Positions 1-7,379 of a stretch of 11,745 nucleotides of DNA are shown piece after piece (position 1 is the first letter of the stretch; the number at the start of each line of letters is the position of its first letter). This DNA comes from an uncultured Spirochaetota bacterium. Its GTDB lineage: Bacteria; Spirochaetota; Spirochaetia; SZUA-6; Fen-1364. The position numbers were made by a program, and so were the translations under genes. The notes under the pieces are model-generated. The model did no database searches, was not told the DNA's origin, and saw only the letters and a list, made by a program, of their open reading frames with translations. The stretch covers positions 1-11,745 of the forward strand of contig CAVUXE010000064.1 in NCBI GenBank assembly GCA_963745235.1. Reading direction: 5' to 3'.

Positions 1-4
1 AATA

Positions 5-889
5 ATGGCGTACTTTTTGTTCATTGACGAAAGTGGGCATGACTTGCAAGAGTCGCCCTACATGGTATTGGCAGGGATCAGCGTCGAGGATCGGGATATT
101 TGGAACCTTATTGATGCAATTAAGAATGCCGAACTGAGGATTTTCGGAGTAAGGTACAGCCAGCTGAAGGAAGAGTTTAAGGGGAAGAAATTTCTCAAGC
201 AAAAGGTTTTTAGGCTTGCAGCACAGACGGGCCCCATAGCGGCAGACAAGAGACGGCAACTTGCGCGTGAAGCGATCGAGCACGGGGAAGCTGTTTCGGG
301 GGATATGCTTACTGCTCTCTCGCAAGCAAAACTCGCGTTTGTACAGGAGATCCTTGACCTCTGTTTAAGATTCCATGGTCATTCTTTTCCTAGTGTTGTG
401 AGTCGGAAAGCCCCTCGGCCTGCTTTGGATGTTCTTCGCAAGGACTATGCCTTTCTTTTCGAGCGGTTTTACTACTTCTTGGAGGATCAAGGGCCGAACG
501 CTTATGGCGTCATTGTTTTTGATGAGCTTGAAAAAGTGCAAAGCAAAATTTTACTTGGCCAAATGGAGCGATATTTCCTCGAAACGGCAAAGGGGCGCCT
601 TCGATCGAGACAGATCATACCACAACCGTTTTTCGTGCATAGCGATCTCACAACGCTCATTCAGGTTGCCGACTTGGTTGCATACATTTCAGTTTGGGGT
701 TTGCGTTTTTCAAAAAGACAGACGGCACCAGTAAGAACAGAACTCAAACCGTTCGCCGATCAAACCAGGGGTCTTATCTACCGCACGGTGCGTGAGATTG
801 AAGGAAACCCACAATTTGAAATCTTCAGTTTCATGTTCCTCAACGATCTGCGTAGCAAGATCGGCAAACAAAAAGATCTCGGACAATAA
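5..889 (+). CDS. DUF3800 domain protein (RNase H-like fold, predicted nuclease), 294 aa
   Basis: N-terminal YFLFIDESG, central IVFDE and C-terminal HSDLTTLIQVADLVAY match the DUF3800 motif pattern (DESG...D...QxAD). The ATG overlaps a TAA (TAATG at 3-7), which may indicate coupling to an upstream gene outside the window. Confidence 0.9.
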   Translation: MAYFLFIDESGHDLQESPYMVLAGISVEDRDIWNLIDAIKNAELRIFGVRYSQLKEEFKGKKFLKQKVFRLAAQTGPIAADKRRQLAREAIEHGEAVSGDMLTALSQAKLAFVQEILDLCLRFHGHSFPSVVSRKAPRPALDVLRKDYAFLFERFYYFLEDQGPNAYGVIVFDELEKVQSKILLGQMERYFLETAKGRLRSRQIIPQPFFVHSDLTTLIQVADLVAYISVWGLRFSKRQTAPVRTELKPFADQTRGLIYRTVREIEGNPQFEIFSFMFLNDLRSKIGKQKDLGQ

Positions 890-946
890 AAAAGGCAATG
901 AAGCACTGACACCTCATTGAAGTGCCCGCGCCGCAAAGCCTCCGCT
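888..946 (-). ncRNA. Candidate small structured RNA convergent on the DUF3800 gene (DUF3800-associated RNA motif-like)
   Basis: The minus strand reads AGCGG-AGGC-UU-UG-CGGCGC-GGGCACU-UCAAUGAGGUGUC-AGUGCUU-CA-UU-GCC-UUUUUU. Outer stem AGGC(941-938)/GCCU(896-893); inner 7-bp stem 927-921/907-901; U6 tail at 893-888; promoter immediately upstream. Confidence 0.65.
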
Positions 947-950
947 ATCT

Positions 951-979
951 AATGTAGACCATATACAATGTGTTGTCAA
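951..979 (-). promoter_or_regulatory. sigma70-type promoter driving the candidate ncRNA
   Basis: Minus strand has a perfect TTGACA (979-974), a 17-nt spacer and TACATT (956-951). Predicted start is ~946-943. No sizeable ORF starts in the following 60 nt. Confidence 0.75.
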
Positions 980-1122
980 ATGCTTGACGGTTCTTGGGGA
1001 GCGAATCGTATTCCTCTCATGGCGGCCGAGACGAACGCCGCACGGCGGCGAGTGTGGCGCAAGCTCAGGAGGTTCTTGTATCATCATTCAAAGTCGAGGA
1101 GTGAGAAAGGGAGTGGACACAG

Positions 1123-1203
1123 ATGAAACAACCATTTAACAAGCCACCACTTGGATGGGGCCCGACAAACGTCACTGAGTATTTCGAGAGCGCGCGTTCG
1201 TGA
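1123..1203 (+). pseudogene. Short ORF or 5' remnant of a hypothetical gene (MKQPFNKPPLGWGPTNVTEYFESARS*)
   Basis: A purine-rich RBS-like tract (GAAAGGGAG, ~1105-1113) precedes ATG 1123. The peptide looks like a protein N-terminus and stops after 26 aa, where the convergent remnant also breaks off. Confidence 0.35.
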
Positions 1204-1399
1204 ACCAAGTAGACGCCTTTTTGATCGCCATGTGGCCAAGCTTCAGGCCACTTGCCAGAAAGCTCAAAGGAGATTGCCCTGACTTCTCTGGAAAAAGACA
1301 GTATGGCGCGCTGACTCTCATTGGGACTGCGTGGCTTTTTCGGTAATCTCGCGAGTACTCATTAACGGCTTGTTGGACGGCTTGAAGCGTGACTTTCAT
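1200..1399 (-). pseudogene. 5' remnant of a possible GIY-YIG-like nuclease gene, frameshifted and truncated
   Basis: ATG 1399 with AGGA upstream gives MKVTLQAVQQAVNEYSRDYRK...YCLFPEK. After a one-base shift near 1260-1270 it reads SGKWPEAWPHGDQKGVYLV, resembling the GIY half-motif. No clear YIG/YVG motif follows. Confidence 0.4.
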
Positions 1400-1439
1400 T
1401 CATTTCCTGTCGTGTCGCACTCCCGGAAGGAAAGCCTCC

Positions 1440-2000
1440 TCAACGAGCGTTGATCTCGAACGCCCTAAGGTCCTCGGCGCGCAAAGCGCGCCACCGAGTA
1501 AGCTCAGAAACAAAACCGCTGTAGACGCCCTTGTAAAATGCGCCTGTTTTGGAAGAGGGGGAGACGGACTCGAGCTTTTCCAAGGCATCCGCCATGTGCA
1601 CAATCACCGTCTTCATCTCGTTCCAGGCGAAATGCCAAGGAATTTTCTCGGCGGTTTCGGGGTTCCGCCTGGCGTTAGTGAGCAAGATCTTCCAATTCGG
1701 ATCGTCTCTCAGCTCGTCAAGTTTCTTTGCCATGGTGTCGAGCGCGTGATATAGGTCACTCACCTCGTCATGCTTTCGTTGCAAGTGAACCGTGTAGAGT
1801 AGCAGAATGAAAGCGAAACCTGAGAAGAGTGGGCCGAGGATGCTCCCCAGGTAGGAGCCGAATGAACCCCATGCCAAATGATCGCTTGAAAGTCCCCCAT
1901 GGAAAGTCCAGACATACGGGGAAAGAAAACCACTGATAATGGCAAGGCCGATTATGGCGTAGATGATGGCGGTCTTGGTGAAATAGCTGACACGCTTCAT
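1440..2000 (-). CDS. Small membrane protein (186 aa, two predicted TM helices) with an N-terminus like putative abortive-infection (putAbiC-type) proteins
   Basis: Likely start is ATG 2000 inside the 446-aa track ORF. Hydrophobic segment AIIYAIIGLAIISGFLSPYVWTF, then SSDHLAWGSFGSYLGSILGPLFSGFAFILLLYTVHLQ, matching the WG.FG.Y.G..L.P...T...Q pattern, then a helical soluble tail. Confidence 0.7.
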   Translation of the reverse strand: MKRVSYFTKTAIIYAIIGLAIISGFLSPYVWTFHGGLSSDHLAWGSFGSYLGSILGPLFSGFAFILLLYTVHLQRKHDEVSDLYHALDTMAKKLDELRDDPNWKILLTNARRNPETAEKIPWHFAWNEMKTVIVHMADALEKLESVSPSSKTGAFYKGVYSGFVSELTRWRALRAEDLRAFEINAR

Positions 2001-2166
2001 TCTTGCCAAGCCTATTCTCCACAGGCTATATGGAAAATTATCTCTTGTCCATCTCAGCGTTGAAGTGATCCTCCAGAGCCTCACGTGAAATCTTGCACGG
2101 TGTTCGGCGACCGTAGATCGATCGGACTTGAGGGCGCTACAGAAGCGTAAACGAAATGAGCGTATC

Positions 2167-2194
2167 TTGCGCTTATTTGGTGTCAGGATATTAT
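2167..2194 (+). promoter_or_regulatory. Possible sigma70 promoter for 2268..2933
   Basis: TTGCGC (2167-2172), 16 nt, TATTAT (2189-2194), in the intergenic region between divergent genes. Confidence 0.3.
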
Positions 2195-2267
2195 TAGTAG
2201 TCTCACTCGCGCTCGGTGCTATCTGGTGTAAGTTAAGGTGTGACCCCTCGCGGAGGCTGATGCTGTT

Positions 2268-2933
2268 ATGACAGAGAAAGAATTGGCGCTGCGTCGTCTC
2301 AAAGAAGGTCTCGTAGAGATTGCGAAATTCGAAAGTTCCCCTGGGGCAGGCGATTCGCCGGAGTTTGAGAGATGGCGGTCTCGAATGAGCGCAAGCCTCG
2401 ATACCCTTTTTGGTCCTGGTCATGATTACAGCTCGCAGTTCTCGCGGCTGGTCTTTCAGGAACCAAAGGTCGTTCCCTCGTGGGGCGGCGGAACATGGGA
2501 TACTTCGGATCTGAGGACCTTCGGGGATGACCTGGTGATCGCCAAGGGCATCCTTCAGGACGCGATCGAACAAGCGGAGATGGTGGCCAGCCCGGGCGTC
2601 GCGGCGGAAGGAAAGAGGGGCTACCCGAGTTTCGGCCAGCGTCCCGCAGACCATCAGCCTGTGAACCTGACCGTGAACGTGAATCAGACGCAGGTCACAA
2701 ACGTCAGCGTCGCGCAGTACCTCGCCCAGCTCAAGCATTTGCCCATCTCGGCAGAAGAACGCCAGCAGGCAGAGGGCCACCTACAGTTGTTGTCAGACGA
2801 GTTCAAGGGCCAGCATCGGTGGGAAAAGATGGGGCCAGCTTTGAGCGCCCTCGCCGCAATCGGCAAGGGAGTGTACGAAAAGGTTGCCCTGCCCTTGCTC
2901 GCGGAATTGGCCAAGAAGGCCGCTGGGTTGTGA
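2268..2933 (+). CDS. Hypothetical protein, 221 aa
   Basis: GGAGG at 2252-2256 upstream. Helical N-terminal domain (FERWRSR...LDTLFG...YSSQF), an N/V/Q/T-rich linker (VNLTVNVNQTQVTNVSV) and an amphipathic helical C-terminus. Confidence 0.8.
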   Translation: MTEKELALRRLKEGLVEIAKFESSPGAGDSPEFERWRSRMSASLDTLFGPGHDYSSQFSRLVFQEPKVVPSWGGGTWDTSDLRTFGDDLVIAKGILQDAIEQAEMVASPGVAAEGKRGYPSFGQRPADHQPVNLTVNVNQTQVTNVSVAQYLAQLKHLPISAEERQQAEGHLQLLSDEFKGQHRWEKMGPALSALAAIGKGVYEKVALPLLAELAKKAAGL

Positions 2934-3064
2934 GGTGGCGGGTGCGGCTCCCGCCACCCAGACCATGGAAAAAGGAGGGTCACAACGGATCCTGATGAAC
3001 TAAGAAAGCAAATAGAAGGGCACTATCCTCTCGGTTGTCGATTCTTTGAAGGCGAGAAGGTTTG

Positions 3065-6000
3065 ATGCTTGATTTGGATCGTATTGAAAAACTCTTTTCC
3101 ACTATTCAGCTTAGCGCAGAACGTTTCGAGCGCTGTGCTCAGGATCTTCTGACCGAGATCTACCCTGGCCTGACTCCGATCGTTGGAGGATCAGACTGGG
3201 GACGCGACGCCGATATCAACTCGGCCGATTCCGCAACGCCCGCTAGGCTACTGGCTACTTCGTCTAGGACTCTTCCAGGTGTCATGAAGAACATGCGCCG
3301 CAGCCTCCGGAGCCTGAAGGAACACGGCGTTCCAGTCGATAGAATCGTCCTAGCGAATCCCGCGGACCTTAACCTGCTCCAGCGAAACAAGCTGTCGAAG
3401 GCGGCGAGAGCAGAGGGAGCACATCTTCCTGTAAGCGACATCTTTGATAGGCATTTCTTCGCTGGAAAGCTGCGTCGCGATGGCTACTGGCGAAGGGAGT
3501 TGCTCGGCTTGTCGGCTCAGGGAGTATCGCTAAGTCGGCTGTCGCCTGATCTAGCGGAGAGCCCATGGCTTCGCATTCCCTTGGTCGGTCGCGACAGTGA
3601 TGTTGCAGCCCTGAGCGACTGCTCCGGCGACGTGGTAGTAACCGGACCGCCAGGTGTTGGGAAGTCACGCGTCCTAAGTCAGGTGTCGGGGATCATTTTT
3701 GTTGATCCCCACGCTGGCATCGAAAAGATATGCGAGGAACTAAGGTGGTATGGTCCGAAGATTGTTGCAATAGACGACGCTGGTAGGTTGGGTGAGCTCA
3801 TTCACCGATTGTTGTGGCTGCGGAGTCAAGAAAACGACGTATTCAACTTCAGGATCTTGGCCGCCTGCTGGCAGGACGAAATCGATGGAATGACAGCATC
3901 ACTCAAGAAGGCCAGTCTGCATGAAGTCAGGTTGCTCGAACGTCCATTCGTCAATCAGATCGTACTGTCGATGGGTATCTCTTCCGAACTCGCACGCCGC
4001 GAAATACTGGACCAATCAGAGGGTCGCGCGGGATGGGCGATTGCGCTGGGAGATGCGTTGCTCGGTGCAAAGGGAGCAGAAACGCTGCTAAACGGCCAAG
4101 CGCTGTACGGGCAGGTCTCGCGCTATTTGGGCCGGGCCGGTGTGTCTCGCCAAGCCAAGGATGTCTTGGGACTGATTGCGTCTCTAGGTGGAATCCAGAG
4201 CGACGACTTCAATGAAGTAGCATCAGAACTTGGCATCTCGAAAAGCGAGATCGTATCGCTGTTGGCGAATGTCGAGAAGTCTGGACTCATCGACATCGAA
4301 TCGATCGGCCAAAGCGGAAGTTTGGGACCCGTTCGAGCGCTCCACGTGCGGCCGCGGATGCTCGCTGATGTTCTCGTGGCCGAGCGCGTTTTCAGTGTGG
4401 CCGTTCCCGCACTTAGCATGGACTCAATCAAGAAGAGGTGGCCCGATCGATTGTCGAAGATAGCCGCTAGTGCAATCGGTGCCGCTCGAATCGGCGCGCC
4501 GGGTGCAAGAAGAGCAGCAGAGCTCCTTTTTGAAGATGCCATGAATGAGGACACGCTTGGTATGACTCCCAGGGTCCACCTGATGGAGCAATATGCTGCA
4601 CTCGATGCTCCGGCGGGCAGACGCGTAATCGAGATTCTATCTGAGCTTCTCGGCGCGGCTCACGAGGCTGGGTCGCCGCATTGGATCATCGATCCGTTTA
4701 CCGACATAGTTTTCGAAGTGGCACGTTGGCACTCCTTCCCTGATGCCGTGCGCATACTACTCGATGAGGCGATTCTCGACACCCGCGATGCGCCTCCTCA
4801 CCCTCGTCATCCACTGCGAAAGCTCGAGGACATCGTCCATTCCTTTCATCCCGGAGCTTCCGCCTCCTCACAAGTATCGGGATCTCGTGGCTATGGTTGC
4901 GAACACTTGGATTGACGGGGAATCTTCTGCTGACAAGTGGAAGGTCTACAGCAAGCAAGTCGAGAATGTGCTGTCGTTGCGCCTGAGTTCAATTCGATCA
5001 ACGCCCGACAATCCCATGACCATGGCGATCGTCGAAACGGTAGTTAGCGGAGTTGAGATCAAGAGGATCTACGAGGAGATATGGCCGGTGATTCTTGGCA
5101 GGCTGACTGGCGACTCCACAGGAGGGGCAGCCCGCAGCGCTATTACGGCCGCGGAACACTGGCTGCAGATAGGGAGGGGATTCGACATGCCGTTTGGTCG
5201 AAGTCATCCGCAAGCGTCAATCGACGCGGCCTACGAGTATGGTCGAAAGTTACTAACTGACTTGTCGGCCATAATGCAAGGCTCAGCCGGATTGGGTGCC
5301 TATTTGGAGCAAGTCGCGAAACGGTTCGACGTGCCGATCGACCTCGCGATAAGCCCAGACGCCGCGGCTTTCTTCATTTCGCTTGATCTTGCCGATGATG
5401 TGAGACAGTCCCTGGAGGACCTCCAGCTACAGATTTCTGCTGTTGTCAATGGCTGGGGCGACATGCCACCCAAAGACGTCATCGCTCGATTGCGCGATCT
5501 GCGGAACCAGCTCGAGCTATCGCCAGTTAGATGGCCTGATCGGATTGCTATGGCGTGTCAAACAATTGCGACGACCAAGGCTTCGACGATAGAGGAGTGG
5601 ATCGACGCGGCCGCCGAAGGAGATCTCTTTCCCCACGCTGCGCCATTCGTTGTAAGCGCCTGCCAAGCCGGGAAGGAACTTGGAGACGCCCGCATTCGTA
5701 CTTTGCTTGAGAATCCACGATCTCGCGGTTCTGTGTTGGAAGCAGTATTGACGATCGGTATGGAGAGGGATCGAAAGCAGGTGATCTGGGCACTGACAGG
5801 GGAGGATTATTGGGTAATCCGTGGACTCTTAATTCCGGCCGCATCGGTAGCGGGATAACCAAAGAGCTCCTGACTCAACCATCACCAACAGTTCGTGCCA
5901 TTTTCGCGGCAGCACTGTTCCATACTCGATATGCAGCGAAAGGTGAATGGAAGCCCGGGCAATCGAAGGAATGGGCAGAGGCAATCGATTTTCTTGACCT

Positions 6001-6609
6001 TCGGGCGCTAGGCGCTTTGGATAGTCACGAGGCTGGGGAACTCACGGGGTATCTGGCCAAAAACTATCCAAAAGAGCTTACCTTGATCCTAGTGCGCCTG
6101 CTTACGTCAGAAGATCTGTCAAGTGGCCACAGTTACGTTGCGTTATCGGGCGTGTGGAACGCCATACACTTGCTGCCGCGTGACGCTAAGGACGAAGTAT
6201 TTTCGAAAGTTCCGCCCGGGTCGAGCATAGATGGATTTTGCTGACTCACCTTGCAGGACCTGATGTCACTTGGCTAAAGACTGCCCTCGACGGGGGTCTG
6301 ATAACGCCGGACGAAGCTCTTGCGACGCATACCGGATTCGGCCCTAGTGCGTCGATCGAAGATCTCGCGAGACTGCTCGTTCCGCGGGGCATCGATCCCG
6401 TCCGCGTGGCAACCCTGGCTGCGAGTGGATCTTGGTTTGGAGAGGAGTCAGACCACCTTGCCTCAATAGTGAAGCGCTTCGAGTCGTACGTCCTGTCCGA
6501 AGATTCTGCGATCGCTGCAGTTGGAAAAGCAGGCGTCGAGATATATCGAGAGGCACGAGATAGAGCCCGGGAGAATGAGGCCAAGAAACGTGTGAGGGGA
6601 GAGCTATGA
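3065..6609 (+). CDS. Large restriction-endonuclease-like + P-loop NTPase (STAND/Avs-like) protein, ~1181 aa once three single-base frameshifts are repaired
   Basis: N-terminal FERCAQDLL...GGSDWGRDADI (Mrr-like PD-(D/E)xK pattern), Walker A GPPGVGKS (3644-3667), Walker B IVAIDD (3761-3778), then a long helical region. Track ORFs 3062-4915, 4743-5858, 5810-6244 and 6238-6609 overlap and join by single-base changes near 4850-4852 (CCC), 5829-5832 (TTAA) and 6218-6220 (GGG). Confidence 0.75.
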
Positions 6610-6693
6610 GAGTTTGGTATGCCCGAAAAGGCCCGCCCGCCCCTCCGTACGCGGGAGCCTTGCCCCCGGTAAGTGCTTTTCGTTTAGCGCAAA

Positions 6694-6720
6694 TGGACAT
6701 TGTTCATCTCTCCGTATACT
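6694..6720 (+). promoter_or_regulatory. Possible promoter for the HU gene
   Basis: TGGACA (6694-6699) and TATACT (6715-6720). The 15-nt spacer is shorter than optimal. Confidence 0.3.
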
Positions 6721-6806
6721 CTGTGGCTTTGTCGCGGATAGCGAACAACGCGAAGGCGACAGTTGCGGCCGTGGGCTGCACGACAGACCGCGTGTAGGAG
6801 GTAGTG

Positions 6807-7166
6807 GTGGCAAAGACACCCGTTGTGAAGAAGGCGCTACCAAAGGTGCCGGAAAAGCTTACAGGGACTTCCCTGGTCGGATACCTTGCAGAGAAAAACG
6901 GGCTTGCAAGGAAGGACGCTAAGCAGGTCATGGAGGACATCTTCGAGCTTGTGGCGGCTGGCGTCATGAGGGGAGAGCGCGTGGCCATCGGCAAGATGGG
7001 CAAGATATTCATCAGGGTGCGACCGGCCCGGGCCGCGCGGACGGGAAGGAACCCACTGAACGGCCAGGAGATCAGGATCCCCGCCAAGCCGGCGACAAGG
7101 GTGCCGCGATTCACCTTCAGCAAGACTTTCAAGGACTTGGCACTTAAGGCCAAGGTGAAGAAGTAA
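6807..7166 (+). CDS. hup: HU/IHF family DNA-binding protein with a Lys/Pro-rich N-terminal extension
   Basis: GERVAIGKMGKIFIRVRPARAARTGRNPLNGQEIRIPAKPATRVPRFTFSKTFKD is the HU arm motif (GRNPxxG...IPA...PxF). AGGAGG at 6796-6801 favours GTG 6807 over GTG 6804. Confidence 0.93.
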   Translation: MAKTPVVKKALPKVPEKLTGTSLVGYLAEKNGLARKDAKQVMEDIFELVAAGVMRGERVAIGKMGKIFIRVRPARAARTGRNPLNGQEIRIPAKPATRVPRFTFSKTFKDLALKAKVKK

Positions 7167-7334
7167 GATCCACGCAGACTCCGCAGTCCGGTCGTGGAGT
7201 CAACGATTTAGTCGCTCGGTAAGCGACACGAATTCTGCCCCCTAAACTGGAAAGGCCGTTAATAATTGCCTGTGTGCAACCTGTTAAAAGGGTAGGGGAG
7301 AGTCGAGCCGGGGGAAGCTCGTCGGGGCTCTTTT

Positions 7335-7364
7335 TATGTATGATAAAGGACCTTATCATACATA
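7335..7364. repeat. Perfect 12-6-12 inverted repeat, likely tyrosine recombinase core site
   Basis: TATGTATGATAA-AGGACC-TTATCATACATA, 15 nt upstream of the recombinase ORF. The geometry matches dif/Xer-type sites (arms ending TAA/starting TTA around a 6-bp spacer). Confidence 0.8.
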
Positions 7365-7379
7365 TAAACGCATGCTATT

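Noticed and set aside
984-1059. Plus-strand TTGACG at 984-989 and a hairpin at 1036-1059
   Set aside because: No acceptable -10 box at 16-18 nt spacing, and the hairpin lacks a U-tract.
2179-2186. GGTGTCAG matches part of the candidate ncRNA loop
   Set aside because: An 8-nt match is expected by chance at this window size, so it is not evidence of a guide target.
2001-2780. N-terminal 260 aa of the 446-aa minus-strand ORF 1440..2780
   Set aside because: It is largely antisense to the better-supported 2268..2933 gene and has no protein-like features. The real gene most likely starts at ATG 2000.
6627-6661. GC-rich imperfect hairpin after the NTPase gene (AAGGCCCGC...GCGGGAGCCTT)
   Set aside because: Large loop, a bulge and no adjacent plus-strand U-tract. 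Too weak to call a terminator.
7167-7335. Small hairpins after HU (GTCGCT-CGGTA-AGCGAC at 7211-7227; GAGCC...GGCTC-TTTTT at 7305-7335)
   Set aside because: Stems are short or imperfect. They may be terminators, but there is no tRNA, attC or repeat-array pattern.
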